Below are positions 12,271 to 25,229 of a DNA stretch of 64,000 bases, piece by piece. This DNA is from Camelus dromedarius (taxonomy: Eukaryota), in contig NC_087436.1 in the NCBI RefSeq assembly GCF_036321535.1, positions 23,500,001 to 23,564,000 on the forward strand, written 5' to 3'. The translations under genes and the position numbers were made by a program. Position 1 is the stretch's first letter; every line of letters begins with the position of its first letter. The notes under the pieces are model-generated. The model saw only the letters and a list, made by a program, of their open reading frames with translations. It was not told where the DNA came from and did no database searches.

Positions 12271-14319
12271 GTGATAACCAGGGCTTGCATGACTGACTGA
12301 ATGCATTAAAACCAAGGAAGTTTTACTATGTGTGGAAGGGAATATTTTTTAAAGTTCTCCCTTTATACTGCAGAATGCAGCTGCTGGCTGGAGGGAGGGG
12401 TTCTTGGCATTTCCCTAAGAGTGCTGGGGAGTCGATGCACCTGCAGAGAGAAAAACTGGGTCCTCCTGTATGGAAAGAATCTTGGCAGCCAGGACTGAGC
12501 CTTCTCCTCCATTAAGAGCCATCTCACAATTGGAGGAGGTCACCTACAAGGAGAAATCAAAGGGTCAAGATCTTCCAGCTCCAATTTCAAATAAAAACCA
12601 CCCAGGAAAATGGTTACATCTATCTATGTATGTCTAGACTGAATTAAGCAAAAGAGAAAAAGGCTCTGTATCATTTTATATTATAGACTCCTTCAAATTC
12701 CTTTCTCACAGTTTATTTCCATTTCTAATTCTACCTGTACAAAATATAATCATGCCTGCTTGTAATTACTTATGCATACATGAATACTAGTAAGTTAAAC
12801 TTGTTCTTCTATTTACAAAGACAGTGTGATACAGAGTAGCTTAGGAATTACTTCTTTTCCCTATGATTTTAAATGTGCAATGAGTTTCTTTCTAAAACAC
12901 GTATTTGCAGATGTCACTTTAAACACTATTTTCTGAGATTATATTTTCCATAGAAAACAGATGTCTGCAATTATCCCTTTTTTGACCTCTGAGACTTATC
13001 AAAGTCAAATAGGTAATCATCCAATCAGACGGGCTATCATTATCAGAAGAAAAGTAATTATAATCTGAATATGTTTGAAATGATTATTATAAGCTTTAAA
13101 CTGTTACACTTTTGATTGGGGCAGAATTGGAAGACATTATCACTTCATAATTCAAATGATGTAACTTCACTTGTTTTTGTCATTTAGAATCTGGAGAGCT
13201 AAATTTATTTAACAATATAATTCTTTAAACATGAACAAATTATGCAATAATCTCTTTAAAACCATGAGAATGCTTCTCAAAATCTTGACAGTGAAATTAG
13301 CGGAATTTTTTTTTTTTTTAACTAGAGCAAATCAGAGCTCGGCACTGAGCCCCATCAGAGTGGGAAGCTTAAGGCAGACGTGTTCATTTGACAGACATTT
13401 TGTGATCTGCCTGGTCCTGTTAAAGAGATCAGCTACCTTCCTGCCTACCTCTGGAAGCCCCATTGCTGGCCCACAGCAGAAGGAGGACTAGGAGAAATAT
13501 GTAGAATTGATGAGCGAGAAAGAAAAGGGGGGAAATGTATAAGAAAATAGTATCTTTCCCAAGAAAATGTTTAAATAGAAGAATGAATTAGATTCCAAAC
13601 TGGAACTGAGAATTGTTTCAAGGACATAAGTATTTAAGAGGGAAAAGAAAAGTCTTGAAAAATCTCACACCTGATAGATACTGAGTAAAAACAGCATTTC
13701 CCATTGAAAAGAATTTTACAAAAACCTGATAATGCAGTCCTTCAGGTTACAGATGTTTGATTAGGTGTTACTTAATTTGGTGAGGTGTCCCGATTTTTCT
13801 CTTCCATCTTTTCCAAGATCTGTTCCTGTCACACTGTGCTTTCAGGCAGGCATGGTCTTCTCTCCAGGAGGAGGTGGGAGGAGGCAGGGCATTCCTGGGC
13901 CACTGCGGAACTTGAGTTCACATTGACCTGGTGAATGTGTATAAGCACATGGGACCCTGAGAAAGAATTCCTGGAGCATGGAAATGTTGGCATTGGTACT
14001 CTCTGCACGTGGCATGGGCTGAGGGTTAGAAATAGTCAGATAAAGGAGCCTTTTTAGGATTGGAGAGGTACTGAATGGTTATTTTTCCATAAGCACAGTG
14101 CTTCTTAGAACAGTGGTTTAAGAGGTGCCATTTAACCTGTAATTCTAGTTCTGCAGGGTGAAGATCTGTGACTTTCTCCCCCAAGATAGCAGAACTTAAG
14201 TAAAAGACAAGTTCAAAACTAATACCCTCCCTGCTCCCTTAGCCAAAGTACCCCTTTCTTCTTGTTCTTTCTTGATGTGACTTATTCCCTTCCCCTGCAT
14301 CCACCATGCCTATGTGTCC

Positions 14320-14430
14320 AATTTCTTCATTCAAGGAGGACCTAGTAAGTTCAGAATATGGTCCAAACAGTGTGGATATAGCAGTGAACAAAACAGACAA
14401 ACATCTCTGCCTTCCTGGACCTTCCTTTCT
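14320..14430 (-). mobile_element. L2 3' fragment
   Basis: ggatatagcagtgaacaaaacagacaaacatctctgccttcctgga. Confidence 0.7.
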
Positions 14431-14527
14431 AGTTAAATTCAATTGTGCATTTTAGCTACTGAAATCTTAACTGATCATAAGTAATTGACTGAGTGATCAA
14501 AGGTTTAAGATGATGCTTCCTTTATCA

Positions 14528-14615
14528 CCCAGGGAATCAGCATCTCTGGGGGTGAGACCCAGTAGAGTGTGCATTGCTAACCCCCTGGTGAGCTGGACCC
14601 ATCTGTGATGGTGCA
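14528..14615. mobile_element. MER5A fragment
   Basis: gaatcagcatctctgggggtgagacccag...gtgtgcattgctaac. Confidence 0.55.
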
Positions 14616-15761
14616 AAGTGAGGGCCCCTCCCCAAAGATAGTGGGAGACTTGTTCTGCCGGGATCTTTGCAGATGCCTCTTGGAATTTCAGCACACAGAT
14701 GGATGTCCATTCGTTACACTTTTCCAAGGCTGCACAGAAGCCTCCACTGCTCTGCCTGGTGCTGGAGAGACTGTGAACTCACTGCTCTGTTAGTCCTTCA
14801 ATGGCAGAGATGCTGTTTTATGAGCATGGCTAACGGTTTATAACTACCTATCACCTAGACAGTGCCTGGCCCAGAAACAGTGACATGAACGAACGGTTGT
14901 CAACTCCACCTGCCAAACCTTTGATACTCTGTTCAGTCCAAGTAGAAAGAACTTTCTGTCTGTGTTCTCCCTGCTGGTCACAGATTCCCAGCCTAACTGA
15001 TTATCTTGCATGATGTCAAAGTGGAAATTTCCAACTTGATTCTTACTCTCCATTTCCTCTTGCCCAGGCATTTAAATGCTACTTTTAGGTGGGGATATTT
15101 TGTGGATATTTAGTCCATCACACTGAATGTTTTGTACATCCATGCACCACTGCTGGTAGATTAAGCCTGTTAAAGTGGGTGGCATCCAGCTGCAGCTCCT
15201 TTTTCTCTTCCCTTCTAATTGACTTTCAACTAACCAAGGCAGCCTATTAACGCTTGGGTTTTTTTTCCATCAGTCTTGGCACATTACTGCCTTTGAGTCT
15301 TGTGATCACATCATTTCCCATCTTTTCAGAGTATTCGCCATGCTTCATCTGGTCTGGCCTCATTCTATCCAGCTTTTAAGACCCACCCAGCAAGCATGAC
15401 GGCGCTGTCATCTCTGAGTGGGGGTACAAGCAATCCGAATGACTTTTTTTCCCACAAAGCCTTTTTTGACCACTACAATCAATCTCTTCTTCTTTCATTG
15501 CTTAGCATAATTATTTCATATAGAAATTATTCATCCTCCTCCTTTGTCTGTTAATTATCTTTTTATATAGTTATAGATGCTCCCATATATACTTAATTAG
15601 CTAGACGTGTAGCAGGATAGCTCACAGGTCAGAGCATGGTTGGAGGGGTCCAGTAGGCCTAGGTTTCAATCTGGCTCCTCCCTCAGTGGAGATATGACTT
15701 GTGACAGGTTACCTCTGTGGACTTCAGCTTTGCTATCTGTAAATAGGTAATTGTGTCCACC

Positions 15762-16254
15762 TGTATTAAGCATTTTTTTTTTTTTTTTGATGCTTTGGCA
15801 TCTGGGGCCTTGCTGACTCTGGAGACACTGTCCCTCCCAGGGCTAGCCAATTCCTAGGATTGGTAAGGGACTAGCCTGCAAATACACCTTTCATATGCAG
15901 ACCGACCAGTCCACACCCCTTACCTCCAACCGCCTCCTTTATTTGGACCATGAGTCCCCTGCCCTGATTACGCCAGGGCAGCTAGATACAGACCCCAGGC
16001 CCCACTAAAATTATTCAAACCAGCCAATCGTATGTTTGTTTACTCTGCTTTGCCCATACTTTCCCACAGAAGCCACAATAAATGCTCTTGCCCACGATTT
16101 CCCCTGCTCCCTCTGCCTCCTGACTGACCCCAGTGCTTCCCCAAATGGCATGCCAACCTCTGTTTCTAAAATCTTCTTCCTTGATGGCAATCATTTCCAT
16201 GTCTGCATGTCTTCCCATACATAACTAAAACCAACCTGGGTACATTTAAAAACA
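15762..16254 (+). mobile_element. MER39-like ERV1 solo LTR
   Basis: TG...CA termini; ggcatctggggccttgctgactctggag...cctcccagggctagccaattcctag signature; AATAAA at 16077; flanks CCACC/CTACC. Confidence 0.85.
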
Positions 16255-16273
16255 CTACCTCATAGGGTTAAGG

Positions 16274-16464
16274 TAGTAGTTCTCAACAGGAGGTGATCTT
16301 TAATCCCTGGGTAACATTCAGCAATGTCTGTTGACATTTTTAGTTGTCACAACTAGGGAAAGAGGTGCTACTGGCATCTAGTGGGTAGAGGCCAGGGATG
16401 CAGTGCACAGGACAGTCCCCACAGCAAGAATTCTCTCTCCCAAAATGTCAATCAAGAAACCCAG
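16274..16464 (+). mobile_element. MER20 (hAT-Charlie)
   Basis: gttgtcacaact...tgctactggcatctagtgggtagaggccagggatgc signature; both termini present. Confidence 0.9.
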
Positions 16465-16511
16465 GGTTACAATAAGGATTCAATGAGGTAAAGTAAGTAA
16501 AGTGCTTACTA

Positions 16512-16684
16512 CAGCGACCCCCAGACTGCAGCATGCCTTAGAATTAATTACCTGTTGGGCTCATTAAAATACATATTGCTGGGCCCACCCCCAGAGTTTC
16601 TAATTCAGTAAGTAATTTGCATTTCTAACAAACTCCAAGGTGAAGCTGACACTGCTGTTTCAGCACCAACTTTGAGAGTCATTA
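16512..16684. mobile_element. MER5A (hAT-Charlie)
   Basis: attgctgggcccacccccagagtttctaattcagta...atttgcatttctaacaa. Confidence 0.85.
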
Positions 16685-16921
16685 ACCTAATTCATAGCAA
16701 TCATTCAATAAATGATATCCCGTAATTATTATTTTATCAGATCCTTAAGGTCAGAGACTGAACCTTATACCTTATATCCCGCACATCACTGGGGTTTGCA
16801 GTAGGCACTCAGCAGAAGATGCTGATGGCTCTTTGACGTTGAAACATGACTGTGTGGTAAACTCTACTTACTCAGGTACCTTTGGGAGTAGATTTAAAGA
16901 CTTGTCTATTGAGGAATATCT

Positions 16922-17420
16922 CCGAGTTAGTTATTGCTGCCTAACAAAAGACCCCAACATTTAGTGGCTTAAAATAACAGCCATTTTATTATATCCCATG
17001 ATTTTGTGGGTCACAGATTTTGGTAGAGCTTTGCTGGCTCATCTTCTGTTTCATGGAGCATTGATGGAAGCCACTCAAAGATATTGTCCTGGCCAATGGG
17101 ATGATTCATTTGCATATCTGATACCTTGCTGGGACAGCTTGCAGGCTAGACACAGCCTCTGGAACTGTCACCTAGAGCTCCTTTATGTGATTTTTCCATG
17201 TAGCCGCCTCAGGGTAATCAGACTCCTTACATGGCATCTCAAGGCTCTAAGTAAGAGTGTTCTAGCTAATGGGGTGAAAGCTGCACAGCCTTTTATAACC
17301 CTGTGCCAGAAGTCCCATTTCGTCACTTCTGCTGTACTCTATTAGTCAAAGCACTTACAAGCGCCAGCACCCCCCCCCCCCAACTCAAGGGTAGGCAATA
17401 AGGATCCCACATTTGGTTGC
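16922..17420 (-). mobile_element. MLT1-family (ERVL-MaLR) LTR
   Basis: tattgctgcctaacaaa...ttagtggcttaaaataacagccattttatta...tcacttctgctgtactctattagtcaaagc. Confidence 0.85.
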
Positions 17421-18661
17421 AGCCCTGTTTCTAGTGAAGGGAGATCAAATAAGCAAATGACCCTGGGACTTTCTAATTTTACTGTTATTCTCTGTTGTGA
17501 ACTTTTGCTGTTAAACCCTCTCCCCAAATATATCATTGCAAGCCAGGCAGCTTGCCCACTCCTGTCTTCATCTTATGACTATGAGGGGGAGTAAGTGTCC
17601 ATATACCTGTCAGAATTGCCCAGTGCAGTAAAAGCCGCAGAGAAATGCCCTTCCCTGTTGCAGGTTCATTACACAGTAAGACAAAGCACATCCCCCAAGG
17701 ACACAGTCCCAGATGGTATTTCTCTTTCCCATTGTAGCCTCCAGTGCCTGTGATACAGGTATGCACCTGTCCCGTCTGCAGCGAGGTGATGGGGTCCTAT
17801 TCAGCCGATTCAAACATGATCGTTGTTCCTGTTGTCTCTGACCTTAAGCACCAAAAGTCTGAATGACGCCCCCTCTCATGTCTCCAGGGCTGGGCTCCCT
17901 GAGATCCGGCTCTCTGACCGACGCAACACATCAGCAGGAGCTCAGTGATGACCTCGGCGGCAGCCAAGGGTTATTTTGGTTGCGTTACTCTCTCTGATTC
18001 TCCAAAAGGGAAAACAAAAAGTCATTTAAAAGTGCAGCTTGTGCTCTTCCAGTACAAAAAAGGATCTCATGGAAATCTTTTATTTTTTTAAATGACATTA
18101 TAATGTATGCTTTGTTTTGTTTTCATCACTTTTGTTAACAATTCTTAGCTGAGGCCCAAGTGGCTTGTCTGGGGTAAGAGGAGAAAAATTATGATTCACT
18201 TTGTATATATTTGTCCTAGTGGGAATCTGATGAGGTGGAAATATCAGAATATTAAATTAGAGGCACTCAACATTATTCTCTATTCTATTTGAAACCAGAT
18301 ACAGGGTAAAAACATTACCCGGGACCAAGAGTGCCATGATAACTCAGTGACCCATGAGCCCCCACCTTGATTATTTCTAAACGAAGCTGACATAAGCTGT
18401 ATCCTCCCTCTGGTGTCCTTGGTTGCACTGTTCAGTGAATTCTTTAGCTAGTGACCCCTCTGCTTTCTTCCTCTATTTAAGTCCCTTCCTTAAGGCAACA
18501 GCTGCTCTGGTTCTGGAGGGGATGGGATAGGCCAGCACACACCCAGCTGTCCTGAAGACCTTGTGCTTTGCAGTAAATCTCTCCCAGCAAGGTGTTCCCA
18601 TGCTAGTCCTTAGCAGCTCTCCCCCAAATCAGAGCAGACCAGCTCCCAAGTACAGAGCAGC

Positions 18662-19060
18662 GTGTCAGTCAGAATCTAACCAGAAAACAGAAACCACCAG
18701 AGAATTTGAAACAGAAAGTCTTGGATGCAGGGATTGATTACACGACGGATGGAAGAGCCCAGAGTCTAGACAGGGAAAGGGCAGTGAGGAATCTAGGAAT
18801 CGCAAAGATAGGAAGCTGACACTGCCTCAGGGCAGAAAGCAGAAGGGAGAGGGTTCCAGAGCTCAGAGGGCCTTGTCATCAGGTGCAGGCTGGAACCACA
18901 GTGGACCTGCCCAGCAACAACTGGAGCCAGGGAGGTTTCACAGCTGCAGCGATGGAGGAAAGGAAGTACCTGCTTCTCCCTCCCTACCCCACCCTCCATT
19001 CACCTGTCGGTGCTTCCCATCCTCCAATCTCAGTAAAGCAACCTACAAGGGTCAGACTCT
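18662..19060 (-). mobile_element. ERVL-class LTR (LTR40/LTR41-like)
   Basis: tgtcagtcagaatctaaccagaaaacagaaaccac...gcagggattgattacac start; subfamily uncertain. Confidence 0.6.
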
Positions 19061-20042
19061 TTGATTCAGAAAAGGGTAGGGAAAGGGCAAGAAACAGACC
19101 CTGGGAAAGCAGCCAGGATGTGCACTGCAGTAAACTTGGGAGGCTATTCTCACTCAGTCAAGACTTTGCACACATCTATCCTCCAGCCCAAGGTCAATGT
19201 CAGCTGCTCAAAGGTCTCAACCAATGACATTTATGCTGACTGCACTGATGTAACCAATAATAGCCTTTCTCTTTAAGGCTCCACCCCAGTCACATCTCCA
19301 GCTTTGGTCAACCTGCTTCTGCAGCCTCCCAGCCAGGGTCTCTTCTTCCTGCCTCCATCTCTGCTGTCTTCTAGCTCACCTACTCTCACTGTCTCTCCAG
19401 CATCTTTACTAATTTGCCTTTGTCAATGATCCATTTTTGTAGGGTGAGCCCCAGTTCGAGTGGATACAGCCTGGGGCTGGTATCAAATAATTCTCTTTCT
19501 CACTGTGGAAATATTCTTGCTTTTTCTGTTCTCCAGCGGAAGGTGACATTTTGCTCTCATGATGGGTCTGATTCAAAGGGCAATAGGGTTAGACCCCACT
19601 TCTTTGCGGAAGAGCTTGTGGGATGGGAAATATTGTTGTGGCCGACTTTGAAAGTACAACTAGCACCCAGCAGAAGCTTTAGAGATCTCCTCAATCTTAA
19701 TTAATAGTTTTTCTCAGAGATTTTCACCCTCCTTTTACCTCTCCCTCCCTCACTTCCTTTTTATTTTCTTATAATTCCTAGAGACAGGAAGACTTAATCT
19801 TTGGGAAACAGTACATCTCTTCATATAGCTTAATCATGGATTACGATTTAATGGCTCTTTATTGTTTCTTGATTTTGCCAGACTAGACTCTAACATCTTC
19901 ATCATTAACTTACTGTCATATAGCAATAGAAAGAAACTGAAGCAGAGTACAATCATCTTAATTTATATGATTATGTAAAATTCAATGTGTATTAAAGCAA
20001 TGCAAAAGTGACTCATGTAAACTTTTAAAACTACATTAGGTT

Positions 20043-20445
20043 TGTTAAAAAAAAAAAAAAGGCAACAGGCCCCAAATAGAGTCACTTGTGCTAAGCCGCA
20101 CACCACCAAACCAAGACTTATTATCTAATTTAATTACAGTTTCAGCCTTTTCTAGGAATGGAATCTTAAACCAGTCAATCTGGAATTACCTGGTTAACGC
20201 TAGTGAGGTAATCTGCCTGATAGACCCTGTCTTCCCCTAAAGAAAGATGACCTTGCCACAAACAGTCGTTCTTTGCTAGTATAATTTCCTTGTTCATGCT
20301 GCCTTCTCCCTGTACAAATCTTTCACTCTGTATAGCTCCTCCCAGCTCCTTTCTGTCTGCTAGATCGGATGCTGCCTGATTCATGAATTATTGAATAAAG
20401 TCAGTAAGATCTTTGAAATATATTCAGTTGAATTTTTTTTTAATA
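20043..20445 (+). mobile_element. ERV1 solo LTR (MER89/MER34-like)
   Basis: TGTT start; ggccccaaatagagtcacttgtgctaagcc; AATAAA at 20394; 4-bp TSD GGTT on both sides. Confidence 0.75.
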
Positions 20446-20705
20446 GGTTTTAAGTTCCTGTAATACCAGTCAGATTTTTCACCTATGGAGATATCCTGTA
20501 GATCACTCAAAATGCATGAGGGATATAGGAGAATCTTGTTGACTTCCACCCACTAAACAGTAGTAATACCCCCTATTTTTGTAACAATTTTAAAAGTCTT
20601 CCCAAATTTCCAAAATGCCCTCAAGGGCATTGAAAAATTTATTCTGACGTGCTAATCAGCTAGCCTTTGTGAGTGTTTTCTAAGTTCTAGGAACAATTCT
20701 AAGAG

Positions 20706-20766
20706 CTTTTTTTTTTTTAAGTATAGTTCATTTGCAATGTTGTGTTAGTTTCTGGTGTACAGCAAA

Positions 20767-20815
<49 letters not shown>

Positions 20816-21465
20816 TTTTTAGATTCTTTTCCTTTATAGTTTGTTACAAGATATTGAACACATTTGCAGGAGGACCTTCTTTATCTATTTTATATATAGT
20901 AGTTTGTATCTGCTAATCCCAAACTCCTAATTTATCCCTGCCCCTCTTTCCCCTTTGGTAACCATGTTTGTTTTCTATGGCTGTGAATCTATTTCTGTTT
21001 CGTAAATAAGTTCACTTGTATCATTTTTTTTTAGATTTCACATATGAATGATATCATACGACATTTGTCTTTCTTTGACTTACTGCACTTAGTATGATAA
21101 TCTCTAGGGCCATCCATGTTGCCATAAATGGCATTATTTCATTCTTTTTTATGGCTGAGTAGTATTCCATTGTGTACACATACCACATCTTTATCCATTC
21201 ATCTGTTGACAGACATTTAGGTTACATCCATGTCTTAGCTATTGTAAATAGTGCTGCTGTGAACATTGGGGTGCATGTATCTTTTTGAATTAGCACTTTC
21301 TCTGGATATATACCCAGGACTGGAATTGATGGATTATATTGTAACTCTATTTTTAGTTTTTTAAGGAACCTCCCTATTCTCCATAGTGGCCGCACCAATT
21401 TACATTCCCACAAACAGTGTAGGTGGGTTCTTCTTTCTCCACTCCCTTTCAAGCATTTATTATTT
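20706..21465 (-). mobile_element. 5'-truncated L1 (ORF2 C-terminus + 3'UTR) inserted in a MIR; contains (TA)n at 20771-20812
   Basis: ORF 21222-21452 encodes [43 protein letters not shown], the L1 ORF2p C-terminus; poly-T at 20707; MIR resumes at about 21500-21600. Confidence 0.95.
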
Positions 21466-22339
21466 TATATATTAAATTATTAGTACACTTATTGTTTCCT
21501 TATCAGTCGTGAGGAAACTGAGACACAAAGAGGCTAAGTAACCTCCCAAGGTCACAGAACAGCAAGATGGTCAGAGTGGCAGTTACACATAAACAGTCCA
21601 GAACCCATAGGAAGCATTACCACTTCCTTTCTTCATTTGCGTCTCCATTTATAAGACTTATTTTCCCTCAACCTATTCCCTACTGACAGGTCTAGGCTCT
21701 GATAACATGAGAAAGATCTCCAGGTAATCACAGAAAACTGTGTACTTACTCTGTCCTGTTTCTCTTTCTAAGCGTGACCCTCTGGCAGCACCATCTCGGC
21801 TGGCCCTGGGAAGTCCCTCAGTCCTTAGCTCACCCCCTGGGTCCCTTCTGATCTTGCTTTTCAGCCCTGGGTCGTGACCTATTTCATCCACTCTTGCCAT
21901 ATGATAACTAACCCAAGTAAAAGAGGCATAATTTACTGCCTTTCCTCTGCTTTTCCAGTGATCCCACTTGAGCCTCGTTAATTTTCTCCTCACCGCTCCT
22001 CACCTCACGGAGCTCTTCCATTTGCTGTCAGATGTATAAGGTATAGAGAGCATAACCTGCTTTTACTCCCCGGGACACTCAAACAAGGGCCACTTCCCCA
22101 GTGGGGCAGACAATTAGCTCAACGCCCCCGCCCCAGGGGGCTCAGCGAGCGTCTCTGAGAGCAGCTCTGGAACACAGAGGGCATTAGTACATTCTCGCTG
22201 GCCTCCTGGCAGGTGGGTTGTAGGCTCTCCAACACTGATGGTCCAAAATTAAGTTGCAGAAGACAAGATCTCATTTTCCTCCAGGGAACTTGATGTCAAG
22301 TAAGTAATAATAAGTCGCTAGGTCTTTGAAAATCTACTA

Positions 22340-22683
22340 CAGTTGACCCTTGAACAACACAGGCTTGAACTGTGCAAGTCCATTTATACGTGGATTTCTC
22401 TCTTCTCTCTCTCTCTATATATATATGCATATGTAAATATATTTTCTCTTCCTATGATTTTCTTAATCACATTTCTTTCTTTAGCTTACTTTTGTAAGAA
22501 TGTAGTGTATAATGCATATAACATACAAAATATGTGTTACTTGACAGTTTATGTTATCAGTAAGGCTATCAGTCAACAGGCTATTAGTAGTTATGTTTGG
22601 AGGGAGTCAGATGTTATACTGGGATTCTTCTATGGTGCAGGCATCATTGCCCCTAACCCCCACGTTCAAGTTTCAATTAACTG
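22340..22683. mobile_element. Tigger2a/MER28-like TcMar MITE
   Basis: cagttgacccttgaacaacacaggcttgaactg TIR ... aactg, flanked by TA on both sides. Confidence 0.9.
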
Positions 22684-23599
22684 TAGTTACTTTGGCAAGG
22701 ATCTCCAATAGGACCTCCTCCAAGGACAGCATCCATCTGTATGTCATCTTTTCCAGGGACACAAATGCATTGGAACAGGATTACGCACATGACTTTCATT
22801 TGCCTGTGCCTCAAACAGTTACTCTAAGGGAATTTTTTAATCAACATTTGATGTTATTCTCTTACAGCTATTTCTTCTTCCCCACTTTCTCTGCTCCTAT
22901 GCAAGCAGCTCAAATCATTGAGCCCAAAAAACTCGATCAGAAATGAAGAGAGAGAAAGATATAAAAAGACAAGAAAAGAGAGAAAGCAAAGCACATGAGG
23001 ACTAAGGGGCAGTTTCGGAGATTATGGCCAAAGAGAAGGGGGTCTTCAACATGGAGCCATCTGAGACCCTAACAGTAAACCCAGCCTGCTAAACAGCATA
23101 TCATTCCAGTCAAGTCACAGTCAGAAGACATGTTTTCCTCAGTATCGACAAATAGAGGCACCATGAGAAAGCGACCCTGTTCCCTTTCTCATCTTCTTTT
23201 TCTTCTGTTTCTCCCCTCTTCTATTTCCTCCTGAATGAAACAAACACAGAGGGATTCAGTGGATACTAGAAAGCCTCTCTCTGTCACAATCTAGCAGAGA
23301 TATTGGTCAGGCTACACGGGGATATTTTAAGCTCGTCATCCAAGAAAAGCAAAGGGAAAAAATAAAATACATTTTGTTAGTTATATTAGTAAATAAAATA
23401 TTTTAGTTCATCTTTAAGTTCCATCTCCCAGTAATTACAGTGCTGCCAAGTAAGAAAATCTGGTATGTCTGAGTCATCTCTCATGTTTCAGTTTCCCTTT
23501 TCCTGTCGGCTAGACTCCTTTGACAATAAAACCTAGTCTCGTAGCTTCATAGGCCACTACTGTCTCTTGTCTTTACTGCTTTCCAAGCTCTGGTCACAC

Positions 23600-23945
23600 A
23601 CTTTCTAACTACTCACTAGCCGTCTTCAGCAGGATGTCCCTTAACATCCACAATTCGACACATCTACACTTGAACTTGTCTCCCCTAGACACAACCTTCT
23701 CACTCCTCACCTCTCCCATGCTTCCAGCCCCCTTGGTCCCAGTCCTGGCTGGAAGTAACCCCATAGTATGTTTACTATGTGACATATTTGACTTTGTGAC
23801 AAGTTATTCCTGTACATGATGTATCTCTGTACTGGATGTCACTTCCTTAAAAGTAGGATCTGAACCTGATTCATCTTTATATTCATCCCATCATTTAATA
23901 AGTGCCTTGCACATGGGGTACTCACTCAATGTTTATTTCACAAGT
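23600..23945 (+). mobile_element. L2 fragments
   Basis: ggatgtccc...cacttgaacttgtc; ttcatctttatattc...agtgccttgcacatgggg...tcaatgtttatt. Confidence 0.5.
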
Positions 23946-24379
23946 GGAGAGGGTATTCAGCCTTTATAGTTGGTGTCAGTGAAATCAAAGGAACCTAGAC
24001 AAACAGGGAAGGACGATGGCACTGTTATGGCAAAGTCTAGGGCAGGGGGAAGGGAGGACGTTCTTCTAGACATGCTTACCCAATACTAGTCATTCCAAAT
24101 GTTCAGTAAGGCAGGATTGACTGACTGACTAATGCTCATCTCTTTTGCAAAGCTGTTGGAGTGGTGGGGTGATGGCATTTTCTTCTCATTATCTCTGAAG
24201 TCACAAAGTCAGGAGCCAGAGCAAGGGGACATGTTATACCCACTTTCTACCTAGTGTTGTGGGCCATGGACCCCAAGTCCCTGCCCCTGCTGGACTGCCA
24301 CAAACGAACATAATGTCAACAAACCAGTGACAGGTGATAGGTCAGCACTGTCATCGTCATAGATGTTCACTTTCCCCAC

Positions 24380-24490
24380 TCTACTATGAGCTCCCTGAGA
24401 ATGAGGATCTATCTACCTTATTATTTATTCATCTTTATAACTCTGATGCCTGTCACATTGGTGTGCAGTAAATACACGTGGAAGATGAAA
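24380..24490 (+). mobile_element. L2 3' end
   Basis: actatgagctccctgagaatgagga...ttattcatctttata. Confidence 0.55.
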
Positions 24491-24667
24491 TGTTTCTTAG
24501 AGCTTAATAAAGATGAGGTTTAAAATGCTCATGTAAGGACATATAATTACTAAGGAAAATTATTAATCAGCTGTGTGTTAATATTCACAAAAATGGTGGT
24601 AGAATCAATATGCCTGAACTAAAACTTTTTTAAAAATATTAAATCAGAGCAGATTTTTTTCCTCTCA

Positions 24668-24896
24668 CAGTATGTTTTCCAGACCACTTGTATTAGAATT
24701 ACCTGTGATATAGTACATATACATGTATATTATTTATATATAAATAATTATATTTACATATAGTATATATAAATAATATGTATTTCAGATTCATGTGCCC
24801 CCATCCCAGAATGACTGAATGTCATTCTTTGGGAATGTACATTTTAGACACGCACTGTAGGAGTTGCCAAAGTAAACTAAAATTTCAGGACATTGA
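24668..24896. mobile_element. MER5-like element with AT-rich insert
   Basis: ttagaattacctg...cagattcatgtgcccccatcccaga...actgaat...tgtacatttta. Confidence 0.5.
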
Positions 24897-25229
24897 CCTA
24901 GAGTGACCAGTGAGAGAGCTGTCATGGGGTCATGGGGAGAGTTGATGCAGCTCTGAAACACAATTATCCAAAAGAGCCAAGGAATTCTATCTCTGGGTTC
25001 TTTAAGCATGTGATAGATCTCTTTTGGCCCTAGATGGCTTAGAGCCAGGAAATGGACAAAGTGGCCGCACAAGAGTCTTCCTGGATATGTGATACTATGA
25101 AAAACACATTCTCTATCGGCCCCCCAAATTTAACATGCACGGGAACAAAACTCTGGATCTGTCATTTCTGTGTCAGTGATGAAAATGGCTTGACTGGTTT
25201 GTTTTCATTTTTCAGCTGCATTTTCTTCT

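Larger units (their letters stand above)
15610..16732 (+). mobile_element. MIR SINE split into four pieces by MER39, MER20 and MER5A insertions
   Basis: Collinear MIR pieces at about 15610-15761, 16255-16273, 16465-16510 and 16685-16732. Confidence 0.75.

Noticed and set aside
21222..21452. L1 ORF2p peptides (also 29939-30154 and 58476-58664) as host genes
   Set aside because: They are fragments of truncated L1 copies, already listed as mobile elements
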